DNA of 64,000 bases from positions 57,395,636-57,459,635 of the forward strand of contig NC_085841.1 of NCBI RefSeq assembly GCF_035594765.1, given 5' to 3'. This DNA comes from Anolis carolinensis (taxonomy: Eukaryota). The position numbers and the translations under genes are program-made. This document shows, piece after piece, positions 26,355-37,206 of the stretch. The notes under the pieces were generated by a model that saw nothing but the letters and a program-made list of their open reading frames with translations, was not told the origin of the DNA and did no database searches. Position 1 is the first letter of the stretch, and every line of letters starts with the position of its first letter.

Positions 26355-27216
26355 TGTGATGTCTCATGGGCCATGTAGTCCCGTTCCTAGTACTATTGTG
26401 GCAGACGAAGAGGAAAACTTGGGTTTCCCACCGATTCAGCCAGAATCGGAGCCCCGGCACCTGCAGGATGTTTGCCCTCAAGAAGTCAGCCAAACAAGCC
26501 TTGGGCAGAATTCTCCCCCGTTCTCTCGTAAGGATAATTATAATAGAGATAGAGGCGCTAGGGAGGCGAATCGCCGAAGCGCCAGAATCGCTGCCAGACA
26601 ATTAGATGATTAAACCTGTTTCCCTTGGGAAATCTTAAGGAGTCATGCATCTGGACACAGTTTGGGTTTCACTTCTTGTTCCCCAGGGAAAGTGTTCCTT
26701 GGCGGGAAAACAAGATCCTATATAGGTGTTTTACCGCAAGGAAATCCTTGCGGAGTCAATTCGTCAGCTTCAGGAGTGAGATCGTGTGTGGACTACGCTA
26801 CTCCAGTTCCTTGTTTCCAGGACCAAGTTCCAAGCCTGCCTTGTTCCCCGGACCTCGCCACGGACCTTGTTCTTGCTTCTTGCTTCTTGTTGCCTCGTAT
26901 CAAGTCTTGTTTGCCAAGAATCTAGTTTGTTTTCCAGCCTTGTTGTCAAGCTCCATTGGACTAAAGGACCTTGTCATTTCCCCACACTTTGCTCGGCAAA
27001 GTGTGTGTTTCGGTTATTGGATTATAACTTTGGACTCTAATATCACATATTGGACATTGTTTTCCTGGACTAAATTTGACCTTTCCTGAAAGGTCTACTT
27101 CTGAACTATATTCTTCACTTGTTTTTATTGACTTTATATATTCCTTTAATAAAGATATTAGATAGATTCTGGTCTCTGCGCATGGTTATTGGTGCTCTGC
27201 AGCCTGGGTCCTGACA
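26355..27216 (+). mobile_element. Solo LTR, same family (copy 2)
   Basis: TGTGATG...CTGACA termini, 5-bp TSD AGGTG/AGATG, TATATA at 26719, AATAAA at 27148. Confidence 0.88.
26359..26613 (+). other. U3-located ORF in solo LTR copy 2 (84 aa from ATG, ends RRSARIAARQLDD)
   Basis: Same start and same GAT-TAA end as copy 1; only an in-frame indel separates them. Confidence 0.6.
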
Positions 27217-27698
27217 AGATGCTGGTCAGAGCGGCAGGAGATAAGCAATAGTTGATTGACCAAAAGGGCACATATTTTGCAGCCTTATGCATGTATATAT
27301 GACTAACAAGATTCCAGTTCAAAGTTCTATGAGCATGGTAGAACAAAAAAAGGGGGACTTCTCAGTGTGACTTCTGAAGAAGCCAAGGTGACTTATCTCC
27401 AAGCTCTTACTTGGGGAGATGTAATAGTGTGTTCAGTGGGGCATGTCCCCAGACAAGTAGGTATATGATTACAGCATCAATGCTTATGTGTGTCGATGCT
27501 TGCAGGGACTTCTAATGTCTTCCAGAGGGGCTTATGTCTTCCAGAGAAATGGAGAAGGCAAACAGTTGTGGGATGGAGAGATGCAATGGTGAAAGTGGAA
27601 CCTGCGTGTGATCCTTTCTTGTTCTCTACTCAGGTGCTTTCCAACACTTTGTTTCCCTTATAAGTAGATATGAAAATGAAAACAACATGATCCTTCAT

Positions 27699-28175
27699 TG
27701 AATCATAGAATTATAGAGTTGGAAGAGACCTTGTGGGCCATCCAGTCCAACCACCTTCCAAGAAGCAGGGAAATCACATTCAAAGCATCCCTACAGATGG
27801 CCATCTAGCCTCTGCTTAAAGGCCACCAAAAAAGGAGCCTTCAACACACTCTGGGGCAGAGAGTTCCATTGCTGAACAGCTCCCACAGTTAGGAAGTTCT
27901 TCCTAATGTTCAGGTGGAATCTCCTTTCCTGTCATTTGAAGCCATTGTTCTGCATCCTTATCTCCAGAGCAACAGAAAACAAGCTTGCTCCCCCCTCCCT
28001 ATGACTCCCCCTCTCATATTTGGCCATCAGGTTTCCTCTCAGCCTTCTCTTCTGCAGGCTAAATATGCCCAGCTCTTTCCTATTTATGCAGGCCAAAATC
28101 CCATTGGGTTTTTTTTACCGCCGCATCACATTATTGGCTCATGTTTAACTTGTTGTCCACGAGGATTCCAAGATC
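27699..28175 (-). mobile_element. CR1 3' fragment
   Basis: gaatcatagaattatagagttggaagagacc terminus and CR1 3' motifs. Confidence 0.75.
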
Positions 28176-28659
28176 TTAATAAATTAAGATTCCTTGTAAT
28201 AAATTATTTCTGCTCAATGGGACCAATCCAGCCTATATTTTATGGGGCCAGTCTTTAAATATAACTCACTTACTTCACTGTGAGTGAATTTTAATTAAAC
28301 CCTGTTCCAATATAAGCTGATAAAAAGTTAAATATACTTGTTTAATGATCAGACTAGGCAAAGCCAGAATGGCTTCTGCCTGGCCAATGTACAAAAGGTA
28401 TGGCAAGGATAAAGGTGATTTAAGGGATGGGTGGGTAGGGAAGTCTACAGGAACTTCGAGGAACAAAGGAAAGGACAGATTAGACACCAAAGGTACAAAT
28501 GGGTGGCTTTGTGCCAAGGGCCAGCCAAGGGAGGGGGGCACTGTCAAAAGAGATTGTAATCTAGTGGCTTGCTGATAGCTGCTCTGGCTCAGCAATTATG
28601 GTGATGGACAGTAGTGTAGTGGTAAATGTTCACAGAATCAAGAGACCACAAGGGCCATC

Positions 28660-29135
28660 TAGAGTGTTAAGATCAGCCGGGGAGATCCTGCTCTCGGTCC
28701 TGCCGCCTTTGCAGGTGCAATTGGTGGGGTTGAGAGACAGGGCCTTCTCGGTGGTGGCCCCTCAGCTGTGGAACTCCCTCCACAGCGAGATTAGATCATA
28801 GCCCTCCCTTCTGGCATTCAAGAAACAGCTTAAAACTTGGCTGCGCAAGCAGGCATTCGATGAATGATAGCAATATGTAAGCAGCTACAGGAAACCACAG
28901 AATTGGTGCACTGTTGAAATGCCTTAATGTTTAATGTTTTATGGTAAGTTTGTTGATCTATATAGTTTTAATGAGCTAATTTATGGTTATATGTGATTGC
29001 TTTTGGACTTGTAATGTTTCTTTTATATGGTAGTGAGGCATTGAATCTTTGCCATTTTACTATGTTCTGAATTGCTTTGAGTCCCCCTAGGAGTGAGAAA
29101 AGCGGTAAATAAATGACATAAATAAATAAATAATA
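28660..29135 (+). mobile_element. L2 LINE 3' end
   Basis: RDRAFSVVAPQLWNSL motif, L2-type 3' terminus and (TAAA)n tail. Confidence 0.8.
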
Positions 29136-29199
29136 GTCTGACCCCATGACATTTCTTCCAACCTCATCCTCAAAAATGCAGACAGCTACACTTTTCATT

Positions 29200-29909
29200 C
29201 ACTGGACCAAGTTTGGCACAAATACCTGATACGCCAAATTTGAATACTGATGGGGTTGGGCAGGTTTGATTTTGTCATTTGGGATACTCTGGTTTCTCTT
29301 CAGATTGTATACATCTTTTGCCTTTTACTAAAGATTTTGTCATTTGGGTGTTGTAGTTGCTGGGATTTATAGTTCACCTATAATCAAAGAGCATTCTGAA
29401 CTCCACCAATGGTGGAATTGAACCAAACTTGACACACAGAACTCCAACAGAAAATGCTGAAAGGATTTGGTAGGCATTGACCTTGAGTTTTGGAGTTGTA
29501 GTTCACCTGCATCCAGAGAAACACTGTGGATTCCAAACAAGGATGGATCTGGACCAAACTTGGCATGAATACTCAATATGCCCAAATGTGAATGTTGGTG
29601 GAGTTTGTGGAAAATAGACCTTGACATTTGCGCGTTGTAGTTGCTGGGATTTATAGTTCACCTACGATGAAAGACCACTTGAATCCCACCGATAGAATCG
29701 GGCCAAACTTCCCACACAGAACCCCCATTATCAATGGAAAATACTGGAGGGATCTGGGAGGAATTGACAGTGATTTAGGGTAACTGTAGTTCCCCTACCT
29801 CCGGAGACCATTGTGAATTAATATGTGTTTTCTGGTGGTCTTTGGCAACCTCTCTTACACCCCCTCACGACCCCCCTAGGGGTCCTGACCCCCAGGTTGA
29901 GAAACACTG
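29200..29909. mobile_element. hAT element of the same family as 4301-4620, with internal repeats; left end missing
   Basis: Shares the right end (...ccccaggttgagaaacactg) and repeated gggatttatagttcacct units. Confidence 0.65.
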
Positions 29910-30406
29910 ATTTACAGAGTTTTCTTTCGAGTTCAGCAATTTTTTAAATCTATTCTGCAGGTAGGTCTTTTGTAAAGCCAATGGCTTTTGACCATTCAAG
30001 ATCATGACAATGAGTCATAACAGGAATAGCTCCAGTAACACCACTCTATCCTCTGAAAAATCCAGGGGAATGTTGCTTACCTGAAATGGGACAGGAGAGC
30101 CCATGGAGGGTGGCATAGGTTCTTGTGGTCCCTGCTAATCCAAATGTCCCAGGACTCTGAAACTACCTGATATCTGAGAAAGAGGAACAGTTAGGCTCGC
30201 TCCCTGTTTGCTCCTTTCGGCCTCTGGGTCTGCCAGGCAGGAGAGTGTGAAGGGAGAAAGAAGGTGTCAGTCAGGAAAGCAAAGGGAAGGCAGGCAGGGC
30301 AGCAAGAGTCTTCCCAGGAAAGGTCTGTCCTTCATCTGGATTGAGCCAGCTGGACCCCTCCCTCTGGGGCTGGCTAGATGGGGAGCCAGGAAGGGGTGTG
30401 TGTGTG

Positions 30407-30455
30407 TGACATCACCAGCCAGGCCTTTATAAAGGGGCTGCTTTCTACCCCAGTT
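30407..30455 (+). promoter_or_regulatory. Probable MAP1LC3C core promoter: CRE/ATF-like TGACATCA (30407-30414), TATA box TATAAAG (30428-30434), Inr-like CCAGTT near 30450
   Basis: Motifs are read directly about 110 bp upstream of the ATG; function is inferred from position. Confidence 0.6.
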
Positions 30456-30538
30456 AAAAAACAGGTCGCAGGCAGCTATTGCTATTGCAGTGGTGTCTTC
30501 TTCCAGGCAGCCTGCGTTTGGAGGCAGGCAAGCACACC

Positions 30539-30596
30539 ATGCAGCCTCTACAGACCTACCAGGTTGTCAGACCCTTCAAACAAAGGAAAAGTTTTG
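30539..30596 (+). CDS. MAP1LC3C: MAP1LC3C coding exon 1 (MQPLQTYQVVRPFKQRKSF+G)
   Basis: ATG in CACCATGC context. RPFKQRKS matches the LC3C N-terminus (human RPFKQRKSL). GTGAGT donor at 30597; 58 nt, phase 1. Confidence 0.95.
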
Positions 30597-30974
30597 GTGA
30601 GTTGGAGAACACTTCAAAAGAACTGCTAATCACTGGATCAATAGGGCTGCCTGTTTTATCGGAAAAGCTGTCAGTCTCCAGAGCCTTACCTGGGGGTAAT
30701 GGGATAGGGCTGACTTCTGAATTTAGGATGGTATTATCTACCATGTAGAATGAAAGCAGTGTGATTGATAGCACTTTCACTGCCATGGCTTGGTGCTGTG
30801 GAATCCCAGGAGTTGTAGTTTAGCCTTCTCTGCCAAAGGGTGCTGGTGCCTCATCTAATTGACCAGTGCTTATTCAACAGTGTAGATCAAGCATGGGCAA
30901 ACTTGGGCCCTCCCTCCAGGTGTTTTGGACTTCAACTCCCAGACTCAGCCCTCTTCCTTTCCCCCCTCAGCCAC

Positions 30975-31460
30975 TTATTACTGCCCCGATTTTCAAGTTT
31001 TTAATTCCTGGTAGCCAGATTTTGTTCATTTTCATAGTTTCCTCCTTTATGCTGAAATTGTCCACATGCTTATAGATTAAAATCGGGACAGTAAATAAAG
31101 AACAACACTCCGAAAACAGGGGAATTCCAGATATGAAACAATCAGGGCCAGCTAACATCTCCCAACAAAGGATTCCCCCAGGCATGCACAGCAGCCAGAC
31201 CTTGAAGCTGCAAGGATTTTCAATGCCAATCAAGGTGATTAATTGCAACATTCACATTTCTCCCACCCTGGACCTTCCACAGATATATAAACCTCCCTTG
31301 CCTAGTTTCCAACATACCTCAAAACCTCTGAGGATGCCTGTCATAGATGTGGGTGAAATGTCAGGAGAGAATGCTCCTGGAACATGGCCATACAGCCCGG
31401 AAAACTCACAGCAATCCATTTCTGAGATGGGTTGCTTGCTGTGAGTTTTCCGGGCTGTAT
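30975..31460 (+). mobile_element. Penelope-like element remnant (pseudo-LTR with inverted terminal pieces) in MAP1LC3C intron 1
   Basis: Inverted piece 30975-31075 encodes KHVDNFSIKEETMKMNKIWLP (GIY-YIG C-terminus-like). The forward pLTR carries a TATA-like ATATATAAA and a hammerhead motif. 25-bp perfect inverted repeat at the 3' side. Confidence 0.8.
31325..31365 (+). ncRNA. Minimal type I hammerhead ribozyme motif of Penelope (probably decayed)
   Basis: CCT-CTGAGGA-TGCCTGTCATAGATGTGGGT-GAAA-TG-TC-AGG: CUGAnGA and GAAA cores, GUC cleavage triplet, stem I CCT/AGG. Confidence 0.65.
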
Positions 31461-31604
31461 TTCTGGGATGGCAAGATTGGGGACAAGTGGACAAAATTAG
31501 TATCCTAAGGGAATCAATCCCATCAAATTTGCTTCTGTTCTGATCAGTCTGGCTAGATTTGCACGCTTAGAAAACAGTGTCGATCTTGGCTTTCTTCTGC
31601 ACAG

Positions 31605-31660
31605 CAACCAGAGTTGAAGAAGTGGCCAGCATTCGAGGGAAGTTTCCAACAAAAATCCCA
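31605..31660 (+). CDS. MAP1LC3C: MAP1LC3C coding exon 2 (ATRVEEVASIRGKFPTKIP)
   Basis: Acceptor tttcttctgcacag, donor GTAAGT. 56 nt restores the frame after exon 1. Matches human AIRQEEVAGIRAKFPNKIP. Confidence 0.95.
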
Positions 31661-31684
31661 GTAAGTATCCATAGTTTTCCCATT

Positions 31685-31696
31685 TCCTTCCTTCCT

Positions 31697-31764
<68 letters not shown>

Positions 31765-31772
31765 TTTTTTTT
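31685..31772. repeat. (TTCC)n(TTTC)n microsatellite just downstream of the exon 2 donor
   Basis: Read directly. Confidence 0.95.
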
Positions 31773-32162
31773 GCTGATTATTGATACATCAGAGGGCTTT
31801 TTTTTTTGAAAAAGAAGAAAATAATGGCTTGTTTTTATATATTCAATTAGTTGAGAATATTTCTGGCCTCAGTAGAGCCAGAAATATCCACAGATTCAAT
31901 TATTCAGGACTTCAACATATTCCAATTTCGTCCCCTCCCCCCCAAAATCTCAATTTTGTTATTTTATATAGGGATGACATTTTCTCCTAATAATAATTAA
32001 GATTGCCCTCCTGAGCATACTTCAGAATTTGGAAAAGTTACTTTGTTGAACTATAGCTTCGAGAATCCTCAGTCAGCTGGTTTATTATAAGACTATGCTG
32101 ACTTGGAGATTCTAGGAGATGTAGTCCAAAAAGGTATTTTTTCAAATTCTTATTATGCTACC

Positions 32163-32495
32163 GGAGCCCCTGGTGGTGCAACGGATTAAACCACTGAGCA
32201 GCTGAACTTGCTGACTAAGAGGTCAATGGTTTGAATCCGGGGAATGGGGTGAGCTCCCGCTGTTAGGCCCAGCTTCTGCCAACATAGCAGTTTGAAAAAA
32301 TGCAAATGTGAGTAAATCAATAGGTACGACTCTGGTGGGAAGGTAACGGCACTCCATGCAGTCATGCTGGCCACGACCTTGGAGGTATCTACGGACAATG
32401 CTGGCTCTTCGGCTTAGAAATGAAGATGAGCACCAACCCCCAGAATCGGACACAACTAGACTTAATGTCAGGGGGAAACCTTTACCTTTACCTAC
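32163..32495 (+). mobile_element. Sauria SINE in MAP1LC3C intron 2
   Basis: Full length, (ACCTTT)n tail, 13-bp TSD TTATTATGCTACC/TTATTAAGCTGCC. Confidence 0.9.
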
Positions 32496-32716
32496 TTATT
32501 AAGCTGCCAATGCAATCGTCAGGAGTAAGTTTCATTGAATTTTTATAATTTGAAAAAATACCTTTTTAAACTATATGTCCTAGAATCGCTAAGTTAGCAT
32601 AGCCAGCTGACTGAGGATTCTGGGAGCTATAGTTCAAAGAAGTAACTTTCCCAAATTCTGAAGGAGAGCTGTCCTAGTTTTTAAGCATTAATTTTATTGA
32701 GTAATTTATTTTATAA

Positions 32717-32878
<162 letters not shown>

Positions 32879-33101
32879 TGATAGGCTGTTAATCTTGTTG
32901 GCTGTTCATGCATCTGGAGTCTATTTTTTGCTACAGGACTTCTGAAAGACTTTGGAGACTATGTGATAATACCATTGCTGTTAATTCGGCACCTTTTTGC
33001 AACTTTTGCTGCCCCAGACTCTGAGGAGCAACATTTATTCTGAGGTGCTTGGCAAATTTTTCTTGCTGTATTGGAAACTGTTTCCAATGGTGCATTGAAA
33101 C

Positions 33102-33508
33102 CAGTGGTTCCCAGCCTTTTTTTGACCAGGACCCACTTTGACCAGGGACCACTTTGACCAGGGACCACTCTCCAACATTAGTACCAAAAGGGTTAGGAAT
33201 CCGTTTTTAGTCAACTTTAGATTCGGTTTGATGATTTGGGGTTCTGATTCAGAAAATTGTGTTGGATAGACCACATCAGTTCTGGTTTCTGATACAGAAC
33301 ATATGCCATCCAGTAGTCGCCATCTGCTCACCCACAGAAAACCATATTTAATAATCTAGAGCTGATGTGGTCTATCCAATGCAATGGTCAGCTCTGCAGA
33401 AATGAGCAGAAATAAAATAAAATCAATGAAGAGGAAGGAGGTTCGTGGACTGAATTTTTTGTTCTCAAAGCCCACTGCTTGGCCACTGCCCACATGTTGA
33501 CACCACTT
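33102..33508. mobile_element. hAT-like element with three subterminal TTTGACCAGGGACCAC repeats, MAP1LC3C intron 3
   Basis: CAGTGGTTCCCA left end, tandem 16-mers at about 33121-33168, degenerate right end. Confidence 0.6.
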
Positions 33509-36500
33509 TGACACAACTTTAACTGCAATAGTTCAGTGCTATGGAATCCTGTGACTTAGTTTAGTGACACACCAGCATTTTTTGACAGAGAAGGCTATAG
33601 ACCTTGTTTCTGGCAGCTAAAGTGATGTCAAATTGCAGTAGTTTTACAGTATAGTTGCATCTTAAGATTCCCCAGTTTTCAGAGAACAGTTTGCAATCTC
33701 TTTATATATTCAAGAATTATATGTATTTTGGTTTGAATGCAAGCCTTACTGTTCAAAGTATTTAAACAGAGCCTGGATGGCCATATGTCAGGGGTGCTTT
33801 GATTGTTTTTTTCTGCATGATGGGGTTGGACTGAATGTCCCTTGTAGTCTTTTCCAACTAAGGTTCTATGGTTCTATTCCCTAGCTAGGCTCCTGTGGCC
33901 CATTAGTAGATGCCAGATTTCTCTGTAAACCTTTTATCCTATAGATCTAAGGCCTGATACACTGCACAAGTATAGCTATTTTATACCACTTCAACTATCT
34001 TGCCTCTATTCTATGGAATATTGGGATCTGTTCTCTGCCAGACAGTACAGAAATTATGATGCTGTTTATTATGTTTACTATGTTTAACTTTGTTGTATGG
34101 TGTTTTTTGACAATTGAATGTTTTTTATGTTCATGTTGGAAACCGCCCTGAGTCTTCTCTGGGAGATGGAGTGGTATATAAATAAAGATTATTGTTGTTG
34201 TTGTTGTTGTTGTTACTATTATTATTATATTTTCTAGTAAAGAAGTCTAAGTATCTCCCAAAACTACAAATTCCAGTGTTCTGTATAATGGAGCCATGGC
34301 AGTTAAATGGAATAAAAGCTCCATAAATAGTGTGTTCTTAGAAGGTGCTAAAAATCCTCAATCTGGAATTATAATTTGGAAGTTACAGTTTCTTGAAAAG
34401 GGAAACACACACACAATGTTGCAGTGCTTTCTGATCCACATGTTATTAAGAACATATTGGATTTGGATCATGTGTCCAGCATACTGGGAGGTTTCTGGTC
34501 ACATCATTGTAGGTTCAGCCTGCAGCAGAGAAAAGTAATATCAGAAATGACCCTGAGTTGCAGCCTAACTACAAGGCTGGGATTAGTTTGTGTGCTATGT
34601 TTCAGCAATCTGCCCTTGATCCTAAGTGGACTGACCCGTCCTGACTTAAGCACTGTTTGCCTTCCCTGCTCAGGCCTTTTTGGGAAGGAGTGGAACACAA
34701 AAGTGGGATCTAGGATCTCTTTAAAAAATATTATTTTGGCTAATCCCTCCAAATGAGTGCTCCAGTTCCATTTTCCCCCTCTGTACATTCGTACCTTAGT
34801 AGTTAGGTAATTTTCTGCAACGTTGCTTCCCCCCCCCCCCCTTTGCAAGCAAAGCAATTTCACAGTACTTTTATTCTTCCACGTTGTATTTTCCTCCAAA
34901 GTCTGAATGTGCCTGTTTGCTACAACAGCCCCTACTCGGTTTCACTTGGATAAGAGGGAAGGCTGGAGTAACCTTATATTGCTCTACTCTCCCAACATAT
35001 TTCATATATCATTTTTTTGTAACTGGAACTTCCTGTCCTGAAACAGTAAGACTGTTGATTAGGTCTTTCTCTTATTTCATAGATCAGGGGTGAGCAATTT
35101 GTAATCCTCCAAATTATGTGGGGCTGGAAGTCCCATTCTAAACTAGCAAGAGGGTTATAGGAAATATAGTTGAATGACATCTAGAGGGGAACAGATTGGC
35201 CACATTTCATCTAAACCTTTCTGTTAATGTAAACATAGGTGATCAAGGTTCAAATACTTTCTGGGCCATGGAAAGCCACTGCATGACCTTGCCCTCAGAG
35301 AAGGACAAGAGCAAACCCCCTCTGAACACATTATGTCAAGAAAATATTGTCATAGGTTTGCTTTAGGGTCGCCATATGCTGAAAATAACTTGAAGGCACA
35401 CAACAACAACAAAACATAGGACATGAGAGATGGTCTGTGTTTGGTATTAATACACCATCTTGGCAAAAAATAGTCCAGTTAATGCTCTGACCCCAAAAGC
35501 TCCACATTCAATTATTTCTAAACTTTGCAATCTTTGTACACATCTAATACAACTTTTCCTTCCTGCACATAGTTACATACTTTTGTGGTTTGCTAAACAA
35601 TAATTTCCTAGTAATACTGGATCTAGACAGGACAGTCTAGGGATAAAAAGGATTAGAAACCTGCATCATAAACTGTTCTTTAGTCCAGTTTTTCTGCATT
35701 CATAGGAGACTATAGTTTAACAAATCCTGAAATGGTACAACACAGAAAGGTAGAGTGAAAGGAAGCAATGGATGCAAGCTCACAATACTTAATTTAATAA
35801 ACCATAATTGATTACACTTTCTTGAACCAGGATACAATATAATGCCCAGGCTTCAGCACAGAATATCTTTGTTCCTTGGAATGTATACTTGGATCAAGTA
35901 TCTACTTATTTTGTGTATTCATGCTTTCAGGTTGCTACCAATTTATTGTGATGGCAAGAAGTGCCAAGAATTTTCCTAGACAGGGAACACTTATTGCTAT
36001 TCTCTACAACATAGCCTTCCTACAGCACTAGGCATTCATTGGCTGCACTCAATACATGTACTATTTAAAATAGTACATGGAAACAACCCTCACATATTGT
36101 CCTTGCAGGAGTTCCTATCTTCAAAACTAACATATGAGGTAAATGGAGTAATCCTACTGCATATTTACTTTAGTCTTAGTAAATCTTAAGTCTTCTAAAA
36201 CACAGAAGTGAGTCTGCTGAGTTCATGCAGTTGTGCTTTTTCTGCATGGTGGGTAATGACTCAGCAGTACCTTCAGTATGCACCATTTGATTCATTGGAT
36301 CACAGGAACAACAGGCACATTCACAAATGCACAACTAGTTGCACAGTAAAACCTTTACAAGTATTTGTTACACCTCATCGTGAATGGATGCATTTAAATA
36401 GGAAAATAAAAATTTTGCTTTTATATTTACTGAAAGGCATTCCGGTCACTTAAGGGTGGTTAAAACAAATTGTCTAATCATGTGTGAGCTTTGCTACTTA

Positions 36501-36606
36501 AAACTTGAGTGTTAATTGTTTGCAAATCCAAAAGGAAAATCAGTCTAATTTGAAATATTGCTGGCCCAAAATGTTTTGCTGCCTTCTACTGGGAAGTGAG
36601 TGGTGC

Positions 36607-36736
36607 NNNNNNNNNNNNNNNNNNNNNNNNNNNNNNNNNNNNNNNNNNNNNNNNNNNNNNNNNNNNNNNNNNNNNNNNNNNNNNNNNNNNNNNNNNNNNN
36701 NNNNNNNNNNNNNNNNNNNNNNNNNNNNNNNNNNNN
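36607..36736. other. Assembly gap (130 N) in MAP1LC3C intron 3
   Basis: Run of N. Confidence 1.
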
Positions 36737-37001
36737 CTGGCAGGAAAAATATAGTAAAAATTCAAATAACTAACAATTTCCTATTCTTTAATGACACCAG
36801 CTGTCTGAAGTGTCTGATTCACTCTGTCTAATGACAGGGCCAGGTCCAATAAGTGTCTTATGGAACATGAGTCTGGTGAACTTGTTTTGACCTAGGTTAC
36901 AAATCATGTCCATTGAACTAGACATCTTTTTTCCTTTCTGCATAACATGGAAGAATATGACATATTTTAAAAATTGATTGTCTATTTCCTTTGTTACCTA
37001 G

Positions 37002-37206
37002 GAGCAGAATGGCACTGAGTAATACCCAAGCTTTCTACTTGCTAGTAAATAACAGAAGTTTAGCCAGTATGTCTCTAACTCTGGCTGAAGTATACCGAAA
37101 TTATAAAGATGAAGATGGTTTTCTGTACATGACCTATGCTTCCCAAGAAATGTTTGGAGGCTTCTTAACTATTGGCAACTGTAAGGAATGTCTCCTTAAA
37201 ACATAA
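37002..37206 (+). CDS. MAP1LC3C: MAP1LC3C coding exon 4 (SRMALSNTQAFYLLVNNRSLASMSLTLAEVYRNYKDEDGFLYMTYASQEMFG-GFLTIGNCKECLLKT*)
   Basis: Acceptor ttgttacctag. YKDEDGFLYMTYASQEMFG is the ATG8 C-terminus. Joined CDS is 426 nt (141 aa + stop), with the cleavage/lipidation Gly at 126 as in human LC3C. Confidence 0.96.

Noticed and set aside
1963-27216. The two LTRs as ends of one provirus or one large inverted-repeat element
   Set aside because: Opposite orientation, separate TSDs, substantial divergence and no gag/pol between them.
1-30400. PLD5 exons expected upstream by synteny
   Set aside because: No PLD5-like coding sequence was recognised; it probably lies outside the window. A TBLASTN would settle this.
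33121-33168. Tandem 16-mers as a CRISPR-like array
   Set aside because: No spacers; they are subterminal repeats of a hAT element in vertebrate DNA.
37192-37206. CaaX prenylation signal at the LC3C C-terminus
   Set aside because: The Cys is fifth from the end (CLLKT), not fourth.
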